A DNA stretch of 64,000 bases from Octopus sinensis (GCF_006345805.1 NC_043006.1:60946001-61010000); one strand, 5' to 3'. Positions 1 to 13,867 are shown, counted from the first letter of the stretch. Numbers and translations are program-made. Notes: generated by a model not told the origin, from the letters alone.

Positions 1-10
1 AATTTGTTAT

Positions 11-11
<1 letters not shown>

Positions 12-78
<67 letters not shown>

Positions 79-144
79 TATATATATATATTATACATAT
101 ATATATATACATATATGTATACATACATACATACACGTATATAT

Positions 145-208
<64 letters not shown>

Positions 209-212
209 ACAT
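12..212. repeat. (TA)n / (TACA)n microsatellite, representative of dozens of TA, CA and TATG tracts that generate most 'YIYIYI' ORFs in the track
   Basis: Direct dinucleotide repeat visible in sequence. Confidence 0.98.
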
Positions 213-731
213 ATGTGCTGGGCTGACTTCCTCGAGGAAACATTTGAAGGAGGTGCCAGCCATGGACGTTATAAAATTACTGAAATAAATAAAAGAATGT
301 GCCAAAATGTGACTATATGTGATAGTATAGTTACGTAGATACACGCGTGTGAGTACATGTAGTATTGGTGCACGATGTAGGCTGGGAACTGTAGAGTTGG
401 ATTTATTATTGCGTAGCATTGAACCTAACCTTATATTAACCAATATCTAAACCTGATTTATATATTTTAGCCATTAATGCCAAGTTAGTTTCAGCAATCA
501 ATAAAGTTAATAATTTATTGCTAGGCTGCTGCATCTGTGTATTTTTCCTGATTTTGTACTTTGCTCTTAAGAAAACATCCATTGCTAGGCGTCAACTGTT
601 TTTGTAATCATACACAGACACACACACACACACGTAATGTAATCAGCTAATATTTTGGCACCTGGTGTGGATTCATGGTCTCTGCCGTAATATACTGCAT
701 TGAATTATTTTTTTGATGCTTGTTATTATGT

Positions 732-870
732 AGGTGCAGGTATAGCTGTTTGGTAAGAAGCTTGCTATTCAGTCATATGCGTCTGCCTTCAATCCCATAA
801 CGCGTCATCTTGTGCAGTCAGTTGTCTTCGACTATATTTGCAACTAAGCCAAAGCAATTTAGGTGGATTT
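732..870 (+). mobile_element. tRNA-derived SINE (family B) head fragment
   Basis: AGGTGCAGGTATAGCTGTTTGGTAAGAAGCTTGC... matches the head of the full copy at 58004-58402. Confidence 0.65.
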
Positions 871-1029
871 GATAGAATCTGAAAGCTTGGCGTCACTGTT
901 TCCCTCTCTCCCTCTCTCCCTCTCTCCCTCTCTTCTTCTGCCTGTCTTTCTGTCTCTAGCTGTGTGTGTGTGTCTCTCTCTCACTATCTCTCTCTCTCTC
1001 TACACACAAACACACATATATATATATAT

Positions 1030-1247
1030 TACCCACAAGGAGCTAAACATACAGGGGTCAAACAAGAACAGACAAACGGATTAAGTCGATTACATCGACC
1101 CAGTGCGAAACTGGTACTTTATTTATCGACCCCGAGAGGATGAAATGTAAAGTCGACCTCAGCGGAATTTGAACTCAGAACGTAACGACAGACGAAATAC
1201 CGCTAAGCATTTCGCCCGGCGCGCTAACGTTTCTAGCAGCTCGCCGT
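1030..1247 (-). mobile_element. tRNA-derived SINE (family A)
   Basis: Minus strand has A-box-like TAGCGCGCCGG and B-box-like GAGTTCAAATTCC; homologous to 40733-41307 and 33845-33995. Confidence 0.9.
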
Positions 1248-3559
1248 ATACGTGTTTATAAAACAATAAAGAAAGCTGCCCATTAATTAATTATCAGTAT
1301 AAAGCTTTTACTAAAAGTATTTATTAAAATCTGCACTAGCCAGAAAATAGTTGAAATTCCAGATTTGATATATTTTTTCAACATGGTTATTAACACTATT
1401 ATGAAAGATTTCAGTGACACGATTCTATAACAAATATAGTTGTCTTACACAGTAAAATAACACGTTTTAACGTATTTCTTTATGGATTTCTTCAGTGAAA
1501 ACATTTCTTTAAATTATAAGTTTATTCCAAACATCCTTTCATATTTGTTGGATGTTGCTGACGAAATAGCAAGCGAAATAAAGAAAGTGCTTTTAATTTT
1601 CTTATATAGATTTCCTTATATAAATTTCTTACAAGTATTTAATTTTGTGGACTTTTCCACAAAAAATGTAACCAATTGGGGAGGCTGTTATTGTACATGA
1701 TAAAGACTATAAGATGAAATCTGCAATATATTTACAATAGATAATTTGGCTCAGAACCCTTAATCCATTGTTCATCTTATTGTAATTCATGTGATGAATG
1801 AGAATTAAAAAAAAAAAAATTCCTAGCTCCGTACATCTGCAATTGTGTATTGACTGAATGAGAACTATTAGACGAATAAATGATACCTAGGAATATTTGG
1901 TGTTATATATCAGTAAAAAAAAAATCACCCAAATTACTGATCAAATGAATACATATTATTTAGTGACTTCAGGAACGTGGCAGGAGGCTGTTCCTCCGGC
2001 TAATAAATATAATTCTAGGAACATAATTATTCTATAGATATTGATGTGTTTTCCTTACATGCGGATACGACGATCCTGATATTGTTTCTAACGAAAATGT
2101 ATAACGGACTGACAGATGTGAATATAATATCCTTAAGGACGGCAATCTTGCACGGGCATTATGTAACCAGTGAAATCAGTGATGAATATAGTGATATTTG
2201 ATAGGGGAGGTGATAAGAGGCATTAATTTGCAATTATTAGAATTTTCTCCTTCGCTTTAGCTATATATCTCTATTTAAGCATATTTAAACGATTGGCCTT
2301 GTATGTATTACTGAATATTTCTCAAAGACAAGCATTTTATTAAACAGTAACTCCATAGAGTAGCAAACCAAAAGGTGGTTCGTATAGTGGTATAATTTTC
2401 CGAATCGAGTGTCATTGCATGTAAGAAAAACATTGCATTTAATAGCTTAATAAATGTTGGACTTATTTATAGCAATGCATTCCCTAGCAATGCAATACAT
2501 TTTTAGCCTAACGTTTCATTTACCCTTTCTGCTTATTATTCGGATGTAACTGTGTTACAGCCTCATTACAAATGTTGGAGTAATCATAATGAACCTCTTA
2601 CAACCACGATCTTTGAAATGCAGTAGGAATGGAAAATGACTACATTAGTTAACATTATTCTATTGAAGCAAATAATTGGAGAACATTAATATCGTTGTCA
2701 ATAAATAAAATGCTAACGCTAAAAAAGTTAAACGAAGTTACGTTTAAAGAGAGATGGACTGCATAAATGAATTTTACATGACACTGGAAAATGCATTTAT
2801 CAGATGAAATTAACATTCGTTATAAATGGCTACTAATAGAAAAAGTTTTTAGTGATAGATCTTATAATTTACTGGCGCATCTGTTTAATCATTTGTGAGA
2901 GGAGATACAAGTTTATGTATGGTGTAGTGTATGCGAGCGTTTTCTATGATATTAATGACTTGAAATAAGTTGCTGTAGCAACGATTTCTACTTTAATTAC
3001 AGTGTGATTGGCATGCCGAGCTAACTTTTCCTCAATGTGTGTAAGTGTGTGTATGTTTGATTTGCGTACGTGTCTTTTGTTATGTGCTTGTGAAGGTTAT
3101 TGTGTTATATTCTCAATACCATTATTTCTAGGTGTGAAATGATTTTGTGCTGGGATTCCATATCTCAATTCAATTAATGAGTTGCAAAGGAAAATGTTTT
3201 ATTGGAATATCAAGTTTTTGTGCCTATGTTTACATATATATTTTTATGTCATTCCATATGCAATGATTACATGTATGTGGATGTGAACAAGGCACAGAAT
3301 AACAATGATGTTCAGATATCGGGTACTGGCCATTATTAGATTGATCACGGCGTGCAGGAGGAAAATGTGGATATCTCTACCAAGCATTTTCATGTAAAAA
3401 TGTATATAGTAACACAGCGTTGAGTGATTCTCTAATTTGATATTCAAATGTTTATATAATTACTTTTACATAAAGATTAAACATTAATATATATATATAC
3501 ATACATACATAAACACACACACACACACACACACACATACACACACACACGCACGCACA

Positions 3560-3604
<45 letters not shown>

Positions 3605-3615
3605 TATCTGAAGCC

Positions 3616-4018
3616 ATGCTGCGGCACTAAGTTGAAAATTTTTTAGTCGAATGAATTAATCGTAGTACTTATTGTTTTAAGCTTGGTATATATTCCATCG
3701 CTCTGTTTTGCTGAATCGACACGATTCATTCCTTTTCCATCAATAAAATTCACGCACAAGTCATTAATAAGCTCGTAGTTATAACAGAATGCACTTGCCT
3801 AAGGTCCTATACCGTGCGACTAAACCCGAAACAATGTGGTTTGGAAGCAAATTTCTTACCAGAGAGCCAGGTCGGACTTCCATAATTTTTCATTTATCAA
3901 ATCCATTACAAAGGCTTGGTTGGCCCGACGCTATTGTAGAAAACACCAATGTACCATGCAATGGGACTGAACCAGGAACCATGTGGCTGGAGGCAAATTT
4001 CTAACTATCACATGACCA
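3616..4018 (-). mobile_element. Degenerate family B SINE copies (two head fragments)
   Basis: Similarity to 58004-58402 and 21018-21316 (GGAACCATGTGG...GCAAATTTCT). Confidence 0.7.
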
Positions 4019-4028
4019 AGACTATGTC

Positions 4029-4065
<37 letters not shown>

Positions 4066-4169
4066 GCATGTATGTATGTATGTATGTATGTATGTATGTA
4101 TGTATGTATTTATGTATGTATTTATGTGTGTATTTATGCACGCATGCATATATGTATGTATGTGCAGAT

Positions 4170-5025
4170 TTGTATGTTTTGTTTATGTATTCTCATGTAT
4201 AGAGTTATATTTCTAGACATGCTCATATATATTTAAAATTTTACAGATTTTTACAGACTTTTACATTTCTAGTGATGGATTGGATCTATAGCCTGCGAAT
4301 TAGCTTTCTGCTTTCTGGTTTTGAGAATTTCTCAAGATTGGTATGTAGGCAGTGTGTTATATATCCTAGATCCCCAAAATTTCAGGTATAAACCTGAACT
4401 TGTAATCTGGATAGAGTAACTGTAGATTTCTCAATAGCTCAGCTTAGGTGCTCTCATTCTCCCTGATCTTCAGCTTTATCTTAACAGCCGCTGGTCAGAT
4501 AATTTCTACAACTGTGCACGGTTTTTCTTCTCTATCCCAAATCATTATATCAGGCCTGTTGTGCTTACATTTTATCAAGGTCTTCACTGGTACATTCCAC
4601 CAGTATTCCTTTTCATTATGAGTGGCTATGACTTCTATCATATTGTGGGTATTTATTTCTTTGTTGTCGGGATCATACTTCCGACGGATTTCATTATAGA
4701 GTGTCCTAGCTACAAAGTCACGTCTCATCGGTAGATGATATTTTCGGACTATTGGCTTTGACTATTCTCAATGGAACTTTAGCATGTTAAAGGGCGCCTA
4801 GCATCCATGAGTGAGGAACAGAATCAAAGGCTTTCTTGTTATCTAGCCACATTGAAACTAGGATCATCCTATGCTCTCGCACCTCTGACATCACACTTTG
4901 TTGATTGGCAATTGCTCGGCAATTCTTCCCAGCTGCTTGTTCTACTGTGATAGCGTTATTGGTTTCACAATGGTCTTGGAGGAAGAGGTTTAAACATGCT
5001 GTATATATCTTATACATTAAGTTCT
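4170..5025 (-). mobile_element. R4/Dong-like non-LTR retrotransposon relic (RT fragment plus restriction-like endonuclease)
   Basis: ORF fragments WLDNKKAFDSVPHSW (RT) and HNRPDIMIWDREEKPCTVVEI (RLE PD motif). Confidence 0.85.
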
Positions 5026-5759
5026 AACATGGAATTGGCTTGGCCGGTATTTTTTTGCCATGTGGGTGGTTCTGCATTTGGGGATGAATATGCATGTATG
5101 TATGTATATATGTATGTATGTGTGTAAGTATATATATATGTATATTATATACACCAGTTTCAACATATATATATATATATATTATATATATATATACATA
5201 CATATATACATATATATACATATACATATGTATATAAATATACATATATATATACACAAACATATATATACATACATATATATATATATATCCATACACA
5301 AATATCTATTTATTGGATGGCAGTTGACTTCACCCTTTGCCTTTTGACGGTGATCAAGAATCACCCTCTTCACCAAGCAACCTTGGTGGGTTGCTAGTTT
5401 AGTCACCGATGACCTGACCAAGTTATACTGAGTTACGTGTTACCAGTAGCGAGAAAGACCATCGTCTAGTGCATAGAAAATATTAATTTTTCGAAAATGC
5501 TTAAAAGTCGACAGTCTGGCCCTAAGGTATTGAAAATCTTAAATGTTACAAGCTTTAAATCATCAAGCGACTTGCAAAGATTCCAAAATATCAATTTTGA
5601 TCCAAACAATCTATGAAAAGATTTCAAAACAAAAGTATTTCAGGCTGCGAGTTTTCAGAAGGGATCTAAGTAGAGTAAGTTTAGTGACTGTTTCTCAGAC
5701 ATCTCACCAGAAATACATGATCAAATTTTAGAAAAACAAAACTTAGGCAATGCACTTCT

Positions 5760-7740
5760 TTCTCACTTCTTGAGCCCCAACTTAAACGAAGTTTACAGAA
5801 AGCTGAAACGGAAAATGCAGACTGCTCTAAGGAAAATTAAACAGGAATGGTGGAATGACAGAACAAAAGAGGCGCAAGAAGCAGGTGCTAGAAATGATAC
5901 CAAGTGTTTATACTCTTATTTTAAGGAGGTCTATGTCCCAAAAGTTTCTTCAATAGCACCAGTGAGAACACCAAATAGACATTTGCTTTTGACTATCATC
6001 GCTTTTATTCATAAGCGTTGGGGGAGCATTTTACTGCACTTTTGAATTGACCATCATCCGTTGACATGAAGATGATAGAAGAAATCGAGTATCTTCCAGT
6101 TATAGAGGAGATGGCATTTGAACCAAGTCTAAATGACAGTTATTTAGCTGTGTCCGATGGAATCTGTGCAAAGAACTTGAAATATGAAGGTGACAAAATA
6201 TTTGAACTCTTAAATATATTCATTAGTCACTGCTGTAAATCTGAGGAAGTGCCTCAAGACTGTGTGGTAATTTTGGTGGGATTTCACTTCTGTCTGTAGT
6301 TGGAAAGGTACTTGCCCGCATTCTATCAGAACGTTTAAATACCTTCATAGTTCCAAATATATTGTCTGAATCTCAATGTGGTTTTCGCTCCTCCTGGGGC
6401 ACAGTTGATCGTATGTACAGTATCAGACAATTGCAAAAAAAGTGAATTGACCAGAATCTTGCCCAATACCATTACTTTGTTGATTTAAGCAAAGTATTCG
6501 GCACTGTTAATCTAAATGCTCTGTGGCTAATTCTTAGGAAAATAGGCTTTCCAGAAAAAAATTGTTAACATGATTAGGGCTTTGTATCAAGATATGAAGG
6601 CTAGATATATTTTTGGCAGTAGGCTTTCTGCATCTTTTGCCGTGGAAAATGGAGTAAAGCAAGGTAACCTTGATGCACCGACCTTTTTTGCAATATACTT
6701 TGCTGTTGTGCTGCCATACGCTTTCCAAAACTCCGAGGAGGATATTTACATAAAATATCGAATAACAGGGAATGTTTTTAATCTGGTCAGTCGGAAATTC
6801 AAAACAAAGGTTTTTTTTTTTACTTCAATCATTAGAGAACTCTTATATGCCGACGATTGAGAGCTAGTCAATCACACTGAAACGGGCCTGCAATCTCTTG
6901 TATCTGCATTTGACACAGCTTGTGATGATTTTGGCTTCACCGTCAACCTGAAAAAAACCCCAGCTGCAATGTTTCAATCTGCACATGGTGCTGTTTGCAA
7001 GGCTCCTAAATCTTTCGTTAAGAGTAAGTTACTTGAGGTTGTTGACTCTTTCATTTATCTTGGGAGCTCTGTACAAAATTATGAAAATCTGGACACATCT
7101 GCGAATTCAAAGGAAGCACAAGCATTTGGTGGATTGGAGTCACGCGTTTGACGCCAACAGCAACTTATAAATAACATCACAAAGTTGGCTCTTTACAAAT
7201 CGTTTGTCTTACCATCACTGTTATATTCTTATGGAACATGGACGTGTTATGAAAGACATTTCAACTTGAAATGATTCTATCGAAAATGCCTTCATCGCAT
7301 TTTAAATATTAAGCGTTTATTTTTTACTTCAGACATATACGTCTTTGCATATGTAGGCATCACTTCAATTAAATAAATGATTCTGAAAAACCAAATGGGA
7401 TTGTCTGGCCATATTGTTCGAATGGCGTATGAACGTACAACAAACAGCTTGCAGAGGGGAAACGCAATCGGTGTAAACCTAAAAAGAGGTTTAAGGACAG
7501 CATAAGGACTAACACGAAGTCACTTGGAATGGATCCAAAGGCCACAGAAATCCATGCTTCGGATCGATCTGGATGGTGAATAACAGTATAAAGTGGAATG
7601 AAAGCGTTTGAGGAGGCCAGGATAACACATACAAGACTCAAGAGAGATATTTTTAAAAGAATGTTGCGATTGAGAAGGTGACTCTCAGTGCACACACACA
7701 CACACACACGCACACAGATATATACACACATATATATATG

Positions 7741-7776
<36 letters not shown>

Positions 7777-7910
7777 TATATACATATATATATTTATGTA
7801 TGTGTGTGTGTGTGCACCCCTTTCAATGCCCTGTATGCCATAATGTCTGCAGTTCTGACGGAGACATCATAGGACATTTTAATATCCACAAATATCCAAA
7901 CTTAACTGCA
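5760..7910 (+). mobile_element. RTE/BovB-like LINE relic (RT plus C-terminal C2H2-like finger), multiply disrupted
   Basis: GVKQGNLDAPTFF, IRELLYADD, VDSFIYLGS, GKRNRCKPKKRFKD; CPVCHNVC...GHFNIH at 7827-7885 after a microsatellite insertion. Confidence 0.88.
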
Positions 7911-8054
7911 TAGATATGCAATCTATGCCGGTGACTTCTCAATACATAGTCTGGTTTAAAAAGCCTCATTAAACGTAATGATGGATATACGGTGTAGGTA
8001 TAGGAGATGCTCAGACTCTGCATAAGGAGTAGACAACCACCATATATACGTACG

Positions 8055-8122
<68 letters not shown>

Positions 8123-8139
8123 AAATATTATTAGAGACA

Positions 8140-8265
8140 AAACCACTATTTTGCAAAACAAACAAGGAAAGACTTAATCAATACATAAAATTTTAATAAA
8201 TAGTCAAAAAAACCGCCACTACAATTGTTTCTTGTCTTGATCGACAATCTTCAGGTGGACTTCCA
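8140..8265 (-). mobile_element. Solo PLE pseudo-LTR fragment (family F1) between two (TA)n tracts
   Basis: Near-identical to 45670-45806 and to the reverse complement of 48071-48205. Confidence 0.85.
8216..8258 (-). ncRNA. Type I hammerhead ribozyme, family F1
   Basis: CCAC-CTGAAGA-TTGTC(GATCAA)GACAA-GAAA-CAATTG-TA-GTGG on the minus strand; intact CUGANGA/GAAA/UH core. Confidence 0.85.
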
Positions 8266-8275
8266 TAATATTTAT

Positions 8276-8311
<36 letters not shown>

Positions 8312-9473
8312 TATATATTTATATATAGAGAGAGACAGAGGGAGGTGAAAGGTGGTTAGCAGCATTCCTTCCGACTTTCCACTGAGAGCTCAGACTTTGC
8401 CCTTCATCCTCTCGAGTTCGATAAATCAAGTACCGATTTCACACTGCCATCAATGTAATCGAATTATTCCCTACACTGAAATAATTGCCTACCCTTTAAA
8501 AATATTTTATATACGCATAGATAGATATAATTCTATATTGTCTACGTGTTATTTCTGTTATTTCATGTGTGCATGCATATGTTCTTGCTATTATTCTTAT
8601 TCTCTTAATGCCTGTACTGGTAATGTTAATATTAATGGGACAATAATTAAGGTTGTTATGGGTTTGTACAGTTCATGATTGCTTTAGTTGATCTTGCCGC
8701 TGACGATGTATTGATGTTATCTAAAGAACGATAAATGAAAAATAACAAAATAATAGCAATATAAATAGTTATATTGAGGAGGACGGTATCAGAGAAATAA
8801 ATGGAAAGGGTGGGGGAAAAGTTTTAACACATCTGTCCGCTATGAATTTACAACAAATTTTGCTATAAAATTATTAGCTATAAAAAGCTATTAGAAAGAC
8901 TAAATCGAACGAATGTATCTACGTACATTAAGTACTCCATAAATGAATGCTAACACAATATTGGAGACAAAAGTACACGCTATTAAGAATTAAAGGACAC
9001 GTAAAATGTTCAAATTTAAAGAAGTAAGTTATCAAATATTGAACATAAAATATAAATGACGCACCAACGAGTAAGTAAATATCGACAACAAGTTTCAAAA
9101 CAATTTAAGAAATATTCATTCATTTATAACTTTTAAACATTTTAGTAGTGTGAGCCAATTTGTAGCTTTGAATTATAATGCAGTTTTTCTTTTTTTCTGT
9201 TGGAAGTTTTTTTCTTGAGTTTTACACAGATAATTTTCACTAATGAAATGGGCAACAAATGGACAGTTAGGAATTGATTAACTTACATGATCATCAATAT
9301 CAGCGAATAAATGCTACACTAATTTAATTTCAGTGAACAAAAATCGGAATATTGCAGACGTGACCTGAGATACAATCTTTTCAATGAAAGTCACGAGTTA
9401 CTGCCAGTTTTCATCAATCCTCTTTTCAAAAATACGCATACACGTACACACTTAAACACACACACGCACACAT

Positions 9474-9507
<34 letters not shown>

Positions 9508-9692
9508 TCACACACACCATACATATATACACACATAATGCACATTTAAACATATATGTAAAATATGTGTATGCAAGCATCTCTCTATGGTTCTTCATAA
9601 CTTTCTGTTTCTGTCTGTCTGGCTGTCTCTCTCCGTATATATATATATATATCACCACATGACTTTACACATCACATCACATATGATGTGCC

Positions 9693-10029
9693 ATACTAAT
9701 ACACACACCAACTAATACATACTAATACGTACTAATACATACTAGTACATACTAATACTTACACCAACCCTATACATACACACGTCCAGACCCCGCATAC
9801 GCACTTATACTCTCTCACACACACACACACACACCTATACATACCAATACGTACTAATACATACTAATACATACTAATACATACACCAACCCCATACATA
9901 CGCACGTCCAGACCAATCCCACGCACTGATACTCTCTCATACACACACACACACACACACACACCCTTATACATACTAATACATACACCAACCCTATACA
10001 TACACATCCAGACCCCTCCCACGCACTTT
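9693..10029 (+). repeat. Compound minisatellite of about 100-122 bp units built from ATACTAATAC sub-repeats and (CA)n
   Basis: TCCAGACC anchor recurs near 9785, 9907 and 10007. Confidence 0.8.
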
Positions 10030-10116
10030 TAGCTGGTCCCTCAACCCTATTATCTCCCCTTATTTCGCTCTCGCGTCTCATGTTGATCTTTGACCTCTGG
10101 CCGAAATCAGATCGCC

Positions 10117-10319
10117 ATGTTGATTCGTTAGCTACTGCACGCATTTTTTTCTCTCCTTCTTTCTGTGTTTTTCTCTCTCTGTGTATCTTTCTGTTGAAGA
10201 GCGTAGGCTCGAAACGTTAAAGACTTGTTTTATTATATTTCCTGAGCGCCATACTAATACAATTGTTCGTTTGTTTTCCACCTGCCTTCGTCTTTTGTTT
10301 ATTTTCATAAAGCTTCCCG

Positions 10320-10322
<3 letters not shown>
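10117..10322 (+). mobile_element. PLE pLTR-like repeat (family F4) ending in (TA)n
   Basis: Homologous to 45340-45544; contains an HHR-like motif at 10186-10223. Confidence 0.7.
10186..10223 (+). ncRNA. Minimal HHR-like motif, family F4 (variant core)
   Basis: TCTTT-CTGTTGA-A-GAGC(GTAG)GCTC-GAAA-CG-TT-AAAGA. Confidence 0.55.
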
Positions 10323-10355
<33 letters not shown>

Positions 10356-10489
10356 GTGTGTGTGTGAGTGTTTGTGAGTGTGTGAGTGTGTGTGTGAGCG
10401 TGCGTATGTGTGTATCATTTTTTTATTCTTCATTTTATCTGATTACTTGTTTCGGTCATTTGACTGCGAGCATGCTAGGGTACCGCCGT

Positions 10490-10645
10490 GAAGGGATTTA
10501 GTCGAACAAATCGACCCTAGGACTTATTTGCTTTGAATCCATGTACTTATTCTATCGGGCTGTGTTGCCACACCGCTAAAATACGGGAACGTAAAAACAC
10601 CACCACAGATTGTCAAGCGGTGGTGAATGACAAACACAGACGCAC
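10490..10645 (-). mobile_element. Family B SINE tail fragment
   Basis: Similar to the reverse complement of the 58200-58350 tail. Confidence 0.6.
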
Positions 10646-10654
10646 ATATATATA

Positions 10655-10764
10655 TTCATAGTGATCGCTATGTATATGGCAAATGAAAGACGGTAGATGG
10701 AATATACAAGAATTTATCATTAATCACGACAATTGTTTCAGCACATTTGACGCCGCATTGTGCT
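10655..10764 (-). mobile_element. Inverted pLTR fragment with the 3' half of an HHR
   Basis: Minus strand AGCACA(13 nt)TGTGCT-GAAA-CAATTG-TC-GTGATTA, cut off where CUGANGA should be and fused to PLE RT coding sequence. Confidence 0.6.
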
Positions 10765-11575
10765 TAAGGACAATGAACCTAACTTTCTTACCGACCCCTC
10801 AGTTAAATTGATTTGTCCTTCTAAATCCGACATAGGCATTATCAGTAACAAAAAATCATTGATAGCGTAATACCCGTCCTTAAGTCTAAAATTAGATTAG
10901 CCCTCTAGTCTGAGACCCAATAGGTGGTTGCATGGTTAAAGCTTCTAGAAATTAGTAAGAAGAGTACATTCTAGCAACTAAATGTACAGAGCTATTATAC
11001 CACTTTTAACCCGTTCGTTCTTAATCAAGCCCTGATTTTTAGCATGAAAAATTCCGATCTGTCCCGACGCAAAACAGATATTATACTTGCCGCGCGAGCC
11101 ACTCTAGTAGATTTTGGTGGTAGATTATGGAGTAGATTAGGTAGTGAGAAGGCATTTGAAATAGCAATGGACTCATATGATTCTGTTTAGACCAATGACC
11201 TAGTCGAAATATATATCCTTTCTTTAATCCAGTCTTCCTTTCTGGAAGTAACAGGGAGGTCTATAGAGGGATGACGTCTTATTTGTTTTTCTGAAAAGAA
11301 GAAGCAAAGTACAGTTAGAAAGGCATTGGAAAAATTTCTTTAGACTTTTCAAAAATTTAAGACTAAAGATTACTATGGGAAAATATTATCGTAGAGTGAA
11401 TTTTTCTAACGCTACCTTCTGTCTTGCTAATAGTTTATTTCAATCATTTCATAAGCTAAATGACCATACATTAAGGTAGTATCCAACCATCAATCCTCGA
11501 TTATACGGGGACTAGTTAAGAATATTACTACAAGAATTTCTAGATTATGTAATGTTTCCGCAAGTATTGATTTTA
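10763..11575 (+). pseudogene. Penelope-like RT relic
   Basis: Manual translation gives LKDNEPNFLTDPSVKLICPSKSDIG, FVLNQALIFS, IILAARATLVDFGGRLW, AMDSYDSV, DLVEIYIL and LVKNITTRISRL; collinear with the RT at 48940-49700. Confidence 0.8.
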
Positions 11576-13866
11576 AAAAGACCCACTGAGAGCATACCAC
11601 ATTCGTGGGTCTTGAAATTGCAGGATACCTTCAAAATTTCTCCTGTAATTTCTAACTCGATATGATAGTGTGGCATACGAATTCCCAATTATAACATGGT
11701 AATGGAGTACTGACCACAAAAATACTAATATCAACTGCGCCAGTTTCCAAGTTGATTCCCGTCACCTTTAAATATTTGCACAACCCTAATACCCCTTACT
11801 AGTGAACTTAACGGAACAGAATAGGGGTATAAATTTGACCACAAATTTTCTATGAATGATTTAAAACTCTGTGGCTAAAATGATAATGTACTTGAAGGAC
11901 TACTACAGTGAAAGCAGTCATTGATGACATCGGGATGGAATGTGGTCTTGATAAATGTGCCAAGTCTAATTTCCATAAAGAGAAATTGAAGACCTCACAT
12001 TTAGTGGTGGTGGATGTTGACACAGCTATAAAAGAATTTGAGCAGGCTCAAACTTAAAAATTTCTCGGAATAGATAAGTACTCTGGCATTCAGAATGCAA
12101 GCTGACCAGGAAGATCAGCAAGGAATGTTACAGGAGAGTTCCAACAGTCCTACAGTTAAATGCACGTCACAAGATGTTAGCTATAAATTCGTTAGCAGTT
12201 CAAGTTATTATTTACATTTCATGAAAAGATGTCAGACAGTGCTGCAGCTCCAGACAAAAGAGGGACTCATAAAAATCAAATTCATCCCCATGAGAAGATA
12301 AATATTCTAGGGAGACACGCTCTCTCCACTCCTTTTTCTGCTTGGCACTGACACCTGTATCAGACATGCTAAGAAGAACTGGATGTGGATACAACTGTTG
12401 CGGCAAAACAATGAGGCACCTCTTATATGTGAATGCTATAAAACTCTACGCTACAAATGACAAACAGCTGAAAACATTTTACTACAGACAAAACATGGAT
12501 TTACCAAAGAAATCAACATGAAATTTGGCTTAGAAAATTGTGCCAAATCAACACTGGAAAAAGTAAAACAGGTTAAGAGTTGCAACATCACACCAAATAC
12601 AGCAAATGAAATAGACCAAAACCAGACATACAACTACTTAGAAACACACAAAAATAAAAGAGAAGATAGGAAATGATACTATACACGAGTTAGATTAATA
12701 CTGAAAGCAGCTTAATGCGAAAAACAAGATAGTAAGTATCAACAACCTAGCCATCCCAGTTATAAATTACAGCTACAATATTCTTAACTGGACTTCAAAC
12801 GAACTAATCAAAATAGAGAGGAAGACAAGGATGTAATGACAGGATTCCTGGTACACCCCCCAAAATCTGATATAACAAGGTTATATATAAAACACATCGA
12901 AAGCTGTAGGGACTTTATGCAGCTAAAAAACTATGACAAAAGAAACACCATAGGACTACAGGAATGCCTACTTCAGAAGAAAGGAAAACTAATGCAAATA
13001 TCCACAAAACACGAACAAAACAAACAACTGCTTTCAGCAACAGATCATGATAAAAGTCCATACATGGCAAATATTGGGTTAAATTAAACAGAAAATAAAT
13101 AGACAAGGCAAAATCCCAACAATGGCTGAGAAGCTCAGGACACAAAGCAGAGACTGAATGATTTTTAATTGCAGCTCAAGATCAAAGCCTTGCTATCAGA
13201 TATTACCAAAAGCATATGATGAAAAGAATTACAAGTAACTGCAGAATGGGTGGAGATGGAGAAGTAACAATAAATCATATTGTCCCTGGCTGCCCAGTCC
13301 TGGTTAAGAAGGAATATGTTCACAGAAACGACAGAGTCGGGACCTATATACAGTGGAAGCTATGTCAATACTCTGGAATAACAGCAAAAAATAGATGGTA
13401 TAGGTACATACCAGAAAATGTCAGAAAATGAGAGAGCAACCATACACCGGGATAAGCCAGAAATTAAGGTTAATAGGCCGGATATAGTTCTCAGTGATCA
13501 CTAAGACAAAAATGCTTTCTAATCGACGTATCAAACCAAGAGATAATATTTCTCTAAAGGAAACGGAGAAACTTTAAAAACACAAACATCTGGAATAGAG
13601 GTAACTCGATTATGGAGTCTAAAACAGAAACAGTTCCTATCATAGTAGGCGTATTAGATGTGATAAAAAAAAATCAGGCAAAAACATAAGAGAACACCAG
13701 GACTAACAAGTATATATAGCATGCAGTAAATAGCACTACTAGGCACCACACATATCCTACGTAAAACACGTTCGATACAGTAAAAGTAAGAGCATAACAA
13801 CAAACCACAGCAAATACCCAATCCACATAGAGCTGTACTCGGCAGTGCAGTGAGCGCACGTGATAA

Positions 13867-13867
<1 letters not shown>
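11576..13867 (+). mobile_element. R4/Dong-like LINE relic ending in (TAA)n
   Basis: SIPHSWVL, RT remnants, IAAQDQSLAIRYYQK, ETINHIVPGC-type knuckle, HRNDRVG and IVGALD; (TAA)n at 13868-13935. Confidence 0.88.

Noticed and set aside
1150-1247. tRNA-like A/B boxes
   Set aside because: They are SINE heads, with no cloverleaf or anticodon arm supporting a real tRNA gene.
5320-5430. Hairpins and a possible pseudoknot (CACCAA GCAACC TTGGTG GGTTGC) upstream of the RTE, considered as an HDV-like ribozyme
   Set aside because: I could not assign P1/P2/P3/P1.1 in the required order.
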